19,537 nucleotides of DNA from Dubosiella newyorkensis (GCF_001945605.1 NZ_MPKA01000022.1:1-19537); one strand, 5' to 3'; positions 7,854 to 16,448 are shown, counted from the first letter of the stretch. Notes: generated by a model not told the origin, from the sequence alone. Numbers and translations are program-made.

Positions 7854-7859
7854 TATAAT
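7854..7859 (+). promoter_or_regulatory. Candidate -10 (TATAAT) for the AraC-family regulator
   Basis: TATAAT lies 17 nt upstream of the ATG. The -35 is poor. Confidence 0.3.
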
Positions 7860-7876
7860 AGAAGAAAGGTGATCAT

Positions 7877-9043
7877 ATGTTGCGCAGAACAACAAATTTT
7901 AAATTCCAAGATTTTGGGGAAGTCCACAATATTCCGCCCAAAGAAGTGAAAGAGATGTCGGACCATATTCTACAATTGAAGGCAAAATCCTTTGATCGCG
8001 CCTTCTTTTCGAGTACGCCTACGTATCTCGAAAATATGAGCGGGATCACGATGGTGGCGCTTTCGCACGATGGAATCCATTTTAAAAAATTCGTCTTGCA
8101 CCGCACGATCGAAATCGATCCGAACGTGTATTTCAACTTTGTTCCGATCACGGATCATTCAGAGCTGAAGATCTACTATAACGAAGCGACACTCAACGAA
8201 AAAAAGATCCAAGATCCAATCGAATATAAACCGATTTCTTCGAAGATCGCAATGAAAGAGATCTATACAAATTATTATTATATCCGCAAGGCGGGTTATT
8301 TTTTCCCAGAACAGATCCTTCCTTTTTACGTATTGCTTTATATCGATGAGGGAGAAATCGAGATCGAATGCGATGAACACGCTTATTGTTTGAAAGCGAA
8401 TGATTGTCTTTTATTGTATCCAGATCAAAAGTTGTCGATGCATACGAAGTCCGATCAAAACTGCTCCTATTTGATGATTTCTTTTTTAATGGAAACGACG
8501 CTAGATACTTCCTTGAAAAACATCATCATCCATCTTCGAAACCGGGAAGTGTATTCTCTGTTGTCAAAATATATGAAGGCGGTCCAAAACGATCATGAAA
8601 TCGAGCATGAGCTTGCGATCGTCTATTTGAAAGAAGTCGTTCTTATGCTTTTCCGCGAGCGGATCGAAACACAAGCCAACGAATACAATCCAATGCAGGT
8701 ACATTACGAAAACGCCTTATTTAATGAAATCTTGATTTATATCCAGACGCATATCGATCAAAACATTTCAGTCGAGGCCCTTTGTGAACGATTCCAGATT
8801 TCTAGAAGCAAGATCCAAAATATTTTTAAAGAAAAATTCGACATTGGGCCAAAACAATATATATCGAATGTAAAATTAGATCGCGCGAAAGAAATGATTC
8901 AAGAACATAAGTACACGATTTCGGAGATCTCCGATCGTCTTGGTTTTACGAGTGTTCATTATTTTTCTCGAAAATTCAAATCGCATTTTTCGATCGCTCC
9001 AACCGATTATGCCAAACAATGCCAAAAACAGAAGGAATTTTAA
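7877..9043 (+). CDS. AraC-family transcriptional regulator (long N-terminal sensor region plus cupin plus C-terminal double HTH)
   Basis: The C-terminus, ISVEALCERFQISRSKIQNIFKE...ISEISDRLGFTSVHYFSRKFK..F...P..Y, is the AraC HTH signature. The central FYVLLYIDEGEIEIECDEHAYCLKANDCLLLYP is AraC-type cupin-like. An AAAGGTGA RBS is present. Confidence 0.9.
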   Translation: MLRRTTNFKFQDFGEVHNIPPKEVKEMSDHILQLKAKSFDRAFFSSTPTYLENMSGITMVALSHDGIHFKKFVLHRTIEIDPNVYFNFVPITDHSELKIYYNEATLNEKKIQDPIEYKPISSKIAMKEIYTNYYYIRKAGYFFPEQILPFYVLLYIDEGEIEIECDEHAYCLKANDCLLLYPDQKLSMHTKSDQNCSYLMISFLMETTLDTSLKNIIIHLRNREVYSLLSKYMKAVQNDHEIEHELAIVYLKEVVLMLFRERIETQANEYNPMQVHYENALFNEILIYIQTHIDQNISVEALCERFQISRSKIQNIFKEKFDIGPKQYISNVKLDRAKEMIQEHKYTISEISDRLGFTSVHYFSRKFKSHFSIAPTDYAKQCQKQKEF

Positions 9044-9058
9044 TTTCCTTCTGTTTTT
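9024..9058. terminator. Bidirectional rho-independent terminator shared by convergent AraC and EIIA genes
   Basis: AAAAACAGAAGGAA (9024-9037) pairs perfectly with TTCCTTCTGTTTTT (9045-9058) around a 7-nt loop. Both stop codons (9041-9043 plus strand, 9040-9042 minus strand) lie in the loop's TTAA. Confidence 0.75.
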
Positions 9059-9450
9059 GATTGAAAATAGAGAACGCTATCTTTCCCGATCGTTTCGATA
9101 CTTTTTGCTAATTCGTCTAAATCCGCTATAAATTGTCTTGTTAAGTTGGCTTCGCTGAGCATGCCTAGATTGGTTCCTGCAAGCACTTTGACATCCTTGC
9201 GCCCACGGGCATATAAAGCCGCACATTGAAATGGAGTTCCTCCTAAAAGGTCGCAAAAGATCAATACTCCATCACAAACCTCTAAAAGCTTCGTACATTT
9301 TTCATCGATTTTTGCTTCCAGGAGCGTTTTCGTGCATCCTTCCTCAAAATCGATGGCTTCGATAGCGTTCAGCTCTCCTGCCAGCAAAGTCAACGCGCTT
9401 TTCATTCCTGTGCCAAAATGCGCGTGGCCCGTTATGATCATTCCGATCAT
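9040..9450 (-). CDS. PTS mannose-family EIIA component
   Basis: MIGMIITGHAHFGTGMKSALTLLAG... carries the EIIA-Man N-terminal phospho-His motif. A GGAAGGA RBS lies inside the end of the upstream epimerase gene. The 42 extra N-terminal codons in the tracked ORF overlap that gene and are rejected. Confidence 0.88.
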   Translation of the reverse strand: MIGMIITGHAHFGTGMKSALTLLAGELNAIEAIDFEEGCTKTLLEAKIDEKCTKLLEVCDGVLIFCDLLGGTPFQCAALYARGRKDVKVLAGTNLGMLSEANLTRQFIADLDELAKSIETIGKDSVLYFQSKTEGN

Positions 9451-9451
9451 T

Positions 9452-10333
9452 TTATTTTCCTTCCTTATTCTGGAAGATCGTGATCGTATATCCAGTTTTG
9501 AACACTTCATGCGGCTGTAGGATGATCGTCCCTTCCCGTTGATAGAAATCCGAGCAAGACTGATCGAAATCCGCATGTCCGAACCACGGTTCGATACAAA
9601 TAAAATTCGATGGCGAAGGATGCGACCAGATCGCTAAAAACGGAAATCCTGGGAAGCTGATCCGGATCTTAGGAACGTTTTTATATTCAAGATCTACGTA
9701 AGTAGAGCTAAAATCCTTCAGTACGATAGTAGCGAATCTTTTGATTTCATCGCGGTTGAGCTGCCAATTATTCAAGTGGACAGACTGGGTATGGGAAGGA
9801 ATGCTCAGATCATCATGAAAAATGATTTGATTGGCATTCTCGTCATTTTCAAAATGGATGGAATATTCTTCAAACATTTCTCCTTGTTTTTGTGGTACCC
9901 GAAATGCCGGATGAAGGCCAAAAGAGAATGGCATATCTTCTTTTCCTGTATTCTCGATTCGATAGTCGATCTTGACTTGGTTGTTTTCAAGACGATACGT
10001 AATCTTATAGGAGAAATCAAAAGGATACTGTTTGCGGGTCTCTTCATCGCTTTCATAGATGAAGGAAATATGATCGTCCCCTTGTTCTCCTTTCAAGCGT
10101 GCATACCGGATCAATCCATGGTTTTTCATCGAATACTGTTTTCCAGCGATTTCATACGTTTTATTATAGGTGGATCCGATAATAGGGAAAAGAGAAGGAT
10201 TCGAACCGCTCCACGCTTCATCACCTTGATAGATGATCTCTATTCCGTCTTCTTTATTCGTTAAATGGAGCATCTCCCCGCCTTGCTCCGTACATTCTAG
10301 CTTTAAAATATCATTTTCTAATAAATAAGCCAT
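9452..10333 (-). CDS. Aldose 1-epimerase family protein (LacX/GalM-like)
   Basis: 293 aa with ...NPSLFPIIG...HG..R...W....FGLHPAF...IEPW.G..., the mutarotase-like pattern. GAGGAGGG RBS. Confidence 0.85.
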   Translation of the reverse strand: MAYLLENDILKLECTEQGGEMLHLTNKEDGIEIIYQGDEAWSGSNPSLFPIIGSTYNKTYEIAGKQYSMKNHGLIRYARLKGEQGDDHISFIYESDEETRKQYPFDFSYKITYRLENNQVKIDYRIENTGKEDMPFSFGLHPAFRVPQKQGEMFEEYSIHFENDENANQIIFHDDLSIPSHTQSVHLNNWQLNRDEIKRFATIVLKDFSSTYVDLEYKNVPKIRISFPGFPFLAIWSHPSPSNFICIEPWFGHADFDQSCSDFYQREGTIILQPHEVFKTGYTITIFQNKEGK

Positions 10334-10382
10334 ACGCGTCCCTCCTCGTTATACTCTTTTTTATTTTACATCCTTGTCCTCT

Positions 10383-10409
10383 AAAAGAAAAGATGGCCTC
10401 AGCCATCTT
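10383..10409 (-). terminator. Rho-independent terminator after the patatin-like gene
   Basis: AAGATGGC (10390-10397) pairs with GCCATCTT (10402-10409) around a 4-nt loop. TTTTCTTTT follows on the minus strand. The stem overlaps the stop codon. Confidence 0.75.
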
Positions 10410-11256
10410 AAAGACCGCAAAAGGAACGGATCTCATCGAGACGTTCCTTTGTTTCATCGTACCCGAGCTGAAACCACGGTTTAAGTTTTTTTGGATCTGT
10501 CGTATATCGTGTGATGCCTAGATCTTTTTGGGGGCGCAAGATCAGCGCCTTTCCTTCCGCTTGAAGCTTGTCGATATGCGCCCATTGCTCGTTATATCGA
10601 ATATGTCGATTTCTAAGATCATCTGTGATCTGTTTGTCACGATATACAAGGTTCGATAAAAGCAATTGATAGCCTGGCGCTTTTTTCCGGATATAGCCTT
10701 CTTCTTTTGTGGAAATGACAATATGTTTCGTACATCCTTTTTTTTCGGCTTGCTCGATGCTGATCATATCGACGAGCCCGGCATCAAAGTATTTCTTGCC
10801 TTGAAATGTATATGGTTTGGTTAAAAGCATCAAAGCGCAACTCGCTTTGATCAATGTCATCGATCGATCCACATACGATTTATCGAAATACTCGATCACA
10901 TGCTTCTCCATATTATAGAGTCCTGTATCCATCTCAGTCGAGCTTTTATAAAATGTATCAAAGTCTAGCGGCGTTTCTTTTTCAATATAGTTGTTCGTGC
11001 TCTCGATCCCGAAGATGCTTCCTTCTTTCAAGATCGCAGAAAGACCCACCGCGCCAGGTTGTGAAGGAGCATCGATCCCTGTGACCTCTAGGCGTCGGAT
11101 TTGCCTTGAAACATAAGGAAGCAAGACCTCGGCTCCCGCCGAAATTCCCACACAATAAGGAACATAGATCTCGTTTTCCAGCAAACATTTGAGTACACCG
11201 GCCGTATAGGCGATCTTGGTGCCCCCGCCTTCCGCTACGATCGATACTCGTTCCAT
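10408..11256 (-). CDS. Patatin-like phospholipase family protein
   Basis: It has an N-terminal GGGTK oxyanion motif and a GISAG nucleophile elbow (GxSxG). A later DAG/DGG-type Asp region is FDAGLVD. Confidence 0.85.
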   Translation of the reverse strand: MERVSIVAEGGGTKIAYTAGVLKCLLENEIYVPYCVGISAGAEVLLPYVSRQIRRLEVTGIDAPSQPGAVGLSAILKEGSIFGIESTNNYIEKETPLDFDTFYKSSTEMDTGLYNMEKHVIEYFDKSYVDRSMTLIKASCALMLLTKPYTFQGKKYFDAGLVDMISIEQAEKKGCTKHIVISTKEEGYIRKKAPGYQLLLSNLVYRDKQITDDLRNRHIRYNEQWAHIDKLQAEGKALILRPQKDLGITRYTTDPKKLKPWFQLGYDETKERLDEIRSFCGL

Positions 11257-11260
11257 AGAT

Positions 11261-12433
11261 CTACCTTCCTTCTTGGGGCGCGACCCCGCTTTCTTGTGCC
11301 GCTTTGAATACAGCTTTGGATACAGCAGGAACGACGCGCCTATCCAACGCGGAGACGATCACATATTCTTCATGGAGCTCTTCAGGTTTGATCAAATCGG
11401 CGATCGCATAGACGGCCGCGATCTTCATCGCTTCATTGATTTCTTTCGCTCTTGCTTGAAGGGCGCCTTTAAAGATTCCAGGGAATGCGAGGACATTATT
11501 GATTTGATTTGGGTAATCGCTTCTTCCTGTGCCTACGATCTTCGCGCCAGCCTCTAGAGCGTCAGCCCGTTCAATTTCTGGAATCGGATTGGCCATCGCG
11601 AAAACGATCGGATCTTTTTTCATCGAACGGATCATTTCTTTTGTCACGATATGGCCTGCGCTCACTCCAATGAATACGTCGGCCTCTGTGAGCGCGTCGG
11701 CGAGCGTTCCCGTCTTTTTATAACGATTGACGCGGTCGATCAATCTTCTCTGACCTGAAGTAAGATCCATTTCTACGTTCAGGATTCCTTCTCGATCAAC
11801 TAAGATGACATCGCCTAATTGCAGCTCCAGCAAAAGACTTGCAATCGCGATCCCAGCACTTCCCGCTCCATTGATCACGATTGTCGGATCTTCTTTTTTC
11901 AGCAGTCGAAGCGCGTTGATCAAAGCGGAACTGACGACGATCGCTGTTCCATGCTGATCGTCATGGAATACAGGGATGTTCATTTTTTCTTTGAGTTTCG
12001 CTTCCACATCAAAGCAGCGTGGCGCCGCGATATCTTCAAGATTGATGCCGCCAAAGCTTGGCTGGAGAGCTGAAATAATCTGAACGAGCTCATCGACATC
12101 TTGGGTATTGAGACAAAGAGGGATCGCGTCAATGTCCGCTAATGCTTTAAAGAGAACGCATTTTCCTTCCATGACGGGGATTCCGGCTTCCGGTCCAATA
12201 TTGCCTAATCCGAGCACGGCGGATCCATCGCTGATCACGGCCACTGTATTTCCTTTTCCTGTATAAGTATATACGCTTTCTGGATCTTTTTGGATCTCTA
12301 AGCACGGAGCGGCTACGCCTGGTGTATAGGCGATAGAAAGGTCATCGTGATTTTGAATAGGCATTTTCGCCTGCACATCGAGTTTCCCTCTCCATTGTTT
12401 ATGTTTTTTTAATGCTTCTTTACCATAATCCAT
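11261..12433 (-). CDS. NAD(P)-dependent malic enzyme (short, YtsJ/MaeA type)
   Basis: ...[10 protein letters not shown]...[28 protein letters not shown]...FGGINLEDI...NGAG.AG. Confidence 0.92.
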   Translation of the reverse strand: MDYGKEALKKHKQWRGKLDVQAKMPIQNHDDLSIAYTPGVAAPCLEIQKDPESVYTYTGKGNTVAVISDGSAVLGLGNIGPEAGIPVMEGKCVLFKALADIDAIPLCLNTQDVDELVQIISALQPSFGGINLEDIAAPRCFDVEAKLKEKMNIPVFHDDQHGTAIVVSSALINALRLLKKEDPTIVINGAGSAGIAIASLLLELQLGDVILVDREGILNVEMDLTSGQRRLIDRVNRYKKTGTLADALTEADVFIGVSAGHIVTKEMIRSMKKDPIVFAMANPIPEIERADALEAGAKIVGTGRSDYPNQINNVLAFPGIFKGALQARAKEINEAMKIAAVYAIADLIKPEELHEEYVIVSALDRRVVPAVSKAVFKAAQESGVAPQEGR

Positions 12434-12440
12434 TGGTGTA

Positions 12441-13637
12441 TCATCCTTCCAAAATACTCTTTACGATTTCAACCATTTTTTTCATTTGAGGAATGCTTGC
12501 GAACTCATAGCGTCCATGGTGATTATACGATCCTGTTCCTAGATTTGGACAGATCAAGCCTCTTTCTGTAAGCATCGCTCCATCTGTTCCTCCTCTTACC
12601 GGTGTATGGACAGGCTCCATGCCTGCTTTTCTTATCGCTTCTTCGGCTCGATGCACGCTGCGCAGATCACCATGCATGTATTCTTTCATATTGGAATATT
12701 GTTTTCGGATAGTCGCTTCAATGCGATTGTTGTATTTCGCATTCATTTCTTTAGCGATCTGCTGGATCGTTTCCATTTGGTTTTCAAACTTGTTCACGTC
12801 ATGTTCCCGGAGCAAATAGACGAGTTTTGCGTGTTCGCATTCTCCTTCGATCGACAACAGGTGATAAAAGCCTTCGCGTCCTTCTGTTTTTGATGGGATC
12901 TCGTCTTTTGGAAGCATGGAAGCGAACTCAACCGCTAATAGGGCGGCGTTGACCATTCGATCTTTGGCGTCGCCAGGATGGATCGAGACGCCTTGAATAT
13001 CAATGATCGCTTCGGCGGCGTTAAAGGTTTCATAATCGATCGCGTCGATCCGATCGCCATCGATCGTATAGGCGAAATCGACCGGAAACTCTTTTAAATC
13101 AAAAGCTTCCACGCCTCTTCCGATTTCTTCATCGGGAGTAAAGGCGATCGCGACGGGTCCATGAGGTTGATCGGAATGGATCAATTCTTCCATAGCCTGC
13201 ATGATGATGGCGATCCCTGCTTTATCGTCTCCTCCTAGCAATGTCGTTCCGTCTGTTACGATCAAATCCTCATGTTTGACCTTTTTTAAAGAAGGAAAAC
13301 GGTCTGGATCCATCGAGTAGGTTTCATTCAGGTGGATCGTTTGGCCATCATAGTCGCGGATGATCTTTGGTTTTACGTTTTTCCCTGAAATTTCCGAGGC
13401 GGTATCCATATGGGCGACAAATCCGATCGCCTCTTTGGATCGAGTGCCTTTTTCTTTTAAAAACGCATAGACGGTTCCTTGCTTTTCAACAACTCGATCA
13501 AAGCCCATCGCCTCGCATTCTTTTTTGAGCGCGTCGGCGAGGACAAGTTGTTTTTTAGTGCTTGGGATCGTTTGGCTGCTGGCATCGGATTGTGTATCGT
13601 ATTGTACGTAGCGTATAAATTTTTCTTCAACCGACAT
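12441..13637 (-). CDS. pepT: Peptidase T (tripeptide aminopeptidase, M20B)
   Basis: EKFIRYVQYDTQSD...HMDT...GGDDKAG...PDEEIG.G...HPG.AK. These are typical PepT motifs. Confidence 0.92.
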   Translation of the reverse strand: MSVEEKFIRYVQYDTQSDASSQTIPSTKKQLVLADALKKECEAMGFDRVVEKQGTVYAFLKEKGTRSKEAIGFVAHMDTASEISGKNVKPKIIRDYDGQTIHLNETYSMDPDRFPSLKKVKHEDLIVTDGTTLLGGDDKAGIAIIMQAMEELIHSDQPHGPVAIAFTPDEEIGRGVEAFDLKEFPVDFAYTIDGDRIDAIDYETFNAAEAIIDIQGVSIHPGDAKDRMVNAALLAVEFASMLPKDEIPSKTEGREGFYHLLSIEGECEHAKLVYLLREHDVNKFENQMETIQQIAKEMNAKYNNRIEATIRKQYSNMKEYMHGDLRSVHRAEEAIRKAGMEPVHTPVRGGTDGAMLTERGLICPNLGTGSYNHHGRYEFASIPQMKKMVEIVKSILEG

Positions 13638-13648
13638 AGTTTTTACTC

Positions 13649-15247
13649 CTAGTTCAATTCTTTCGCTAAGCCTGGCACGATTTGTTTTTTACGAGAGACA
13701 TAGCCTAATCGTTCAAATTCTTGAATGGCTCCAGAAAGCATGCTGGATAGTTTTCCTGTATACAGGAAGCGAGAACCTTTTCCTTCGACGTTTGTGAAAA
13801 CCATCAAATGCAGATCATTATGGCGTCCTTTGTTTTGTTTCGCCATATATTTCACAAAGTCGTCTTTGATTTCATCGACAACATCAAAATCAAAAATAAA
13901 GACTTGCGAAACCGCAACGCGATGACCATTTAGGATATATTCTTTTGTATCGTTGTTCAAAATAGAATCGAATTCTTTTCCCTTGATCGTGGCGGTGTTT
14001 TTAAAGAGATCTTGCGCCATTTCGTTTAAATTGAGATGGTATTCTTCTTCGATCCGTTTCGCAACCATGCGATCGATCGGTGTGCAGGTTGGTGAATTGA
14101 AGTTCATCGTATCGGAAATCATCGCGTAGGAAACGAGTTTAGCTACATGTTCTGGCATTTTGATGCCTGCTTCATCGTACATGAGCGCGATGATCGTGTT
14201 CGAAGAACCTACGATCATGTTTCTAAATACGATCGGACGATCTGTTTCGATATCCCCGATTCTATGATGGTCAACGATCTCGATGATCTCGCCTTGTTCG
14301 ATATCGTTGATCGTTTGTTTGCGTTCATTGTGGTCAACGAGAACGAATTGTTTTTTCGCGCTTTTCAAAAGATGGTAGCGTGCGACGGAGCCAATGAGTT
14401 TGCCTTGTTGTACGACCGGATACGAGGAATGACGGGTCTTGAGCATCTCTCGTTCTACATCTTCTAAGTATTCGTTACGGTTGAACTGGACCATTTTATT
14501 GGCTGGTGTCATGATCGCGGACACTGGGATAGCGCGATACACCATTTGGATGATTTTCATTAAATTATAGGGAGTGTTGATCAGTGTGACTCCCATTTGT
14601 TTTGCCATTTCGATGATGTAATCATTGGGAACGAAGTTTTCGGCGATCAAGATCATCGCGCACCCTTTGGCCATGCTTTTGATCATCGAATCTTCGTGGT
14701 CGTTGAGTACCATAATGGCGCCTTGCAGATCACGTTCCATCATTTTTTTATCGGCGATGCGAACTTCTCCGGAAAGAGGAATATTCCCTTCGAGCAAGAT
14801 CTTTCCTTTGAGCGCTCTGCGAAAGTTTTCTGCCGATGTTTCTTTGAGCAGCTCTTTGGTGATATTGAGATCCTGCATTTGGATCTTTGAAATATCGCCT
14901 AAGGTCACAAGACCTTTATAGTTTTGTTCTTCGTCGATCACGTAGAGCGTTTTGGCGTTGTGATCGATCAAAGCATCCCATCCAGCACGCAAAGTGTCCC
15001 CTTCGTTGACTGTATACGCTTCATCGATCTCGATTTCAGAAAGCGTAGATTTTGCGGTCGAAATGTGGATAGGCGGTTCTACTCCGACTTTATTCAATAT
15101 ATATGCCGTTTCAGGATTGACATGTCCGATTCTAGCTGGAATGGCGTTGATTCCTTGGAGCTGTTTTAGAGTGGCTAATGAGATGGCACCACAGATCGAA
15201 TCGGTATCTGGGTTTTTATGGCCTATGACATAAATGGGTTGTTCCAT
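13649..15247 (-). CDS. ppaC: CBS-domain-containing family II (DHH/DHHA2) inorganic pyrophosphatase
   Basis: It starts IGHKNPDTDSICGAI (DHH motifs I/II). A roughly 250-aa CBS/DRTGG-like insert follows. Then come VDHHRIG and a DHHA2 tail. 532 aa. Confidence 0.88.
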   Translation of the reverse strand: MEQPIYVIGHKNPDTDSICGAISLATLKQLQGINAIPARIGHVNPETAYILNKVGVEPPIHISTAKSTLSEIEIDEAYTVNEGDTLRAGWDALIDHNAKTLYVIDEEQNYKGLVTLGDISKIQMQDLNITKELLKETSAENFRRALKGKILLEGNIPLSGEVRIADKKMMERDLQGAIMVLNDHEDSMIKSMAKGCAMILIAENFVPNDYIIEMAKQMGVTLINTPYNLMKIIQMVYRAIPVSAIMTPANKMVQFNRNEYLEDVEREMLKTRHSSYPVVQQGKLIGSVARYHLLKSAKKQFVLVDHNERKQTINDIEQGEIIEIVDHHRIGDIETDRPIVFRNMIVGSSNTIIALMYDEAGIKMPEHVAKLVSYAMISDTMNFNSPTCTPIDRMVAKRIEEEYHLNLNEMAQDLFKNTATIKGKEFDSILNNDTKEYILNGHRVAVSQVFIFDFDVVDEIKDDFVKYMAKQNKGRHNDLHLMVFTNVEGKGSRFLYTGKLSSMLSGAIQEFERLGYVSRKKQIVPGLAKELN

Positions 15248-15309
15248 TTTGTACCTCCGTTTCTTGCTTCATATGTTCTATCATATCATTATTTGCTCTA
15301 AGAAAGCGC

Positions 15310-15339
15310 AAAAAAAACGGAGAACCTTTTTTCTCCGTT
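15310..15339 (-). terminator. Rho-independent terminator after hup
   Basis: AACGGAGAA (15316-15324) pairs with TTCTCCGTT (15331-15339). T8 follows on the minus strand. Confidence 0.85.
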
Positions 15340-15345
15340 CATTTC

Positions 15346-15639
15346 CTATTTTTCTGGATTTAATGCATCTTTTAAAGCTTTGCTCGCTTTAAATTTTGGG
15401 GATTTTGATGCCGCGATCTCGATTTTTTCTTTCGTTGCTGGATTGATTCCTTGTCTTGCGGCTCTTTCTTGAATACTGAATTTTCCAAATCCACTCATAT
15501 CGGCAACACCGTCTTTGACAAGCACATCTTTGATTTGGTCAAACACAAAATTGACGTAGTCCGCTGCATCTTTCTTCTTTATTGAAAATGTTTCGGCCAA
15601 GGCATTTGCTAAATCTTTTTTAGTTAGATTTTCAGCCAT
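15346..15639 (-). CDS. hup: HU-family nucleoid-associated DNA-binding protein
   Basis: 97 aa with ...GFGKF....RAAR.G.NP.T.E.I.I.A...P.FKA.K.LKDA.N. AAAGGAGGA RBS. Confidence 0.93.
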   Translation of the reverse strand: MAENLTKKDLANALAETFSIKKKDAADYVNFVFDQIKDVLVKDGVADMSGFGKFSIQERAARQGINPATKEKIEIAASKSPKFKASKALKDALNPEK

Positions 15640-15666
15640 GTTATGTCCTCCTTTAAAATCGAGTTA

Positions 15667-15695
15667 ATCATAACATTGTTCGCATTGCCTTTCAA
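15667..15695 (-). promoter_or_regulatory. Sigma-A-type promoter of hup (TTGAAA-17-TATGAT)
   Basis: The hexamers are read on the minus strand with a 17-nt spacer. The promoter lies about 28 nt upstream of the hup ATG. Confidence 0.6.
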
Positions 15696-15783
15696 CGATA
15701 GTGTGTCATTGACAAACGAAAAGGGCAATTCGATTTTTTATGCTTCATTTTTCACTAAAAATAGTCCAAAACTCAAAAAAATA

Positions 15784-15792
15784 TGATAAAAT
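15784..15792 (+). promoter_or_regulatory. Extended -10 (TGaTAAAAT) upstream of tRNA-Thr
   Basis: The -10 hexamer ends 34 nt upstream of the mature tRNA 5' end. The -35 is weak. Confidence 0.4.
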
Positions 15793-15826
15793 AGCTCTAT
15801 ACTTCTTTAAATAAAGGCTTAAATGC

Positions 15827-15900
15827 GCCGGTATAGTATAATGGCAATACGGGTCCATGGTAAGGATCAACTCGTGGTTCAATTCCGCGTACCGGCACCA
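15827..15900 (+). tRNA. tRNA-Thr (anticodon GGU), CCA encoded
   Basis: Hand-folded cloverleaf. Acceptor stem is GCCGGTA/TACCGGC and the D stem is GTAT/ATAC. Anticodon stem is GGTCC/GGATC with loop AT-GGT-AA. The T arm is CGTGG-TTCAATT-CCGCG. Confidence 0.85.
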
Positions 15901-15909
15901 TTAGAAATC

Positions 15910-15936
15910 AACCCTTTAAATAAAGGGTTTTTTTAT
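15910..15936 (+). terminator. Rho-independent terminator after tRNA-Thr
   Basis: AACCCTTT (15910-15917) pairs with AAAGGGTT (15922-15929), followed by a T-run. Confidence 0.85.
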
Positions 15937-16055
15937 TTTCTACCCAAATCGGCCACCGTTTTTTGCTAGTTTGCTTTATCGTTGTACTTCATCCATCATT
16001 AAAGTGACCACATCTAAGCAAACTATAATACAGTCCAGCAAAGCCTAGTCAAACC

Positions 16056-16079
16056 AAAAAAAATCCCTTTTTCAGGGAT
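16056..16079 (-). terminator. Rho-independent terminator after the tRNA operon
   Basis: On the minus strand, ATCCCT-GAAAA-AGGGAT is followed by T8. Confidence 0.8.
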
Positions 16080-16091
16080 CTAGATTCGATA

Positions 16092-16165
16092 TGGAGCAGG
16101 TGATGAGAATCGAACTCACGTAGTCAGCTTGGAAGGCTGAAGTTCTACCATTGAACTACACCTGC
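16092..16165 (-). tRNA. tRNA-Gly (anticodon UCC), CCA encoded
   Basis: Reverse complement is GCAGGTG...TCAGC-CTTCCAA-GCTGA...GTTCGATTC...CACCTGCTCCA. Confidence 0.88.
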
Positions 16166-16172
16166 AATAGAA

Positions 16173-16248
16173 TGGCTGGGGTATCTGGATTCGAACCAGA
16201 GAAATGCAGGAGTCAAAGTCCTGTGCCTTACCGCTTGGCTATACCCCA
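16173..16248 (-). tRNA. tRNA-Gln (anticodon UUG), CCA encoded
   Basis: Reverse complement is TGGGGTA...CAGGA-CTTTGAC-TCCTG...GGTTCGAATCC...TACCCCAGCCA. Confidence 0.88.
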
Positions 16249-16256
16249 ATAAAAAA

Positions 16257-16340
16257 TGGTGGAGGAAGACAGATTCGAACTGCCGAACCCGAAGGAACTG
16301 AGTTACAGTCAGCCGCGTTTAGCCACTTCGCTATTCCTCC
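16257..16340 (-). tRNA. tRNA-Tyr (anticodon GUA), long variable arm, CCA encoded
   Basis: Reverse complement is GGAGGAA...GCTGA-CTGTAAC-TCAGT, then a long variable arm, then GGCAG-TTCGAAT-CTGTC and TTCCTCCACCA. Confidence 0.88.
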
Positions 16341-16352
16341 ACAATGAACAAA

Positions 16353-16428
16353 TGGTGGAGGTTAACGGGCTCGAACCGCTGACCCTCTGCTTGTAAGGCA
16401 GACGCTCTCCCAACTGAGCTAAACCTCC
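16353..16428 (-). tRNA. tRNA-Val (anticodon UAC), CCA encoded
   Basis: Reverse complement is GGAGGTTTAGCTCAGTTGGGAGAGC-TCTGC-CTTACAA-GCAGA...GGTTCGAGCC...AACCTCCACCA. Confidence 0.9.
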
Positions 16429-16448
16429 GTGTTCCAATTGCATAACTA

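Noticed and set aside
9451-9576. 42-codon N-terminal extension of the EIIA ORF
   Set aside because: It overlaps the epimerase gene out of frame. The canonical EIIA-Man N-terminus MIGMIITGH with an RBS starts at 9450.
10408-11256. Patatin-like phospholipase as an effector of a defence system (for example CBASS-type)
   Set aside because: No cyclase, sensor or other defence partner is adjacent. The gene is the last cistron of a metabolic operon with 4-nt spacing to malic enzyme.
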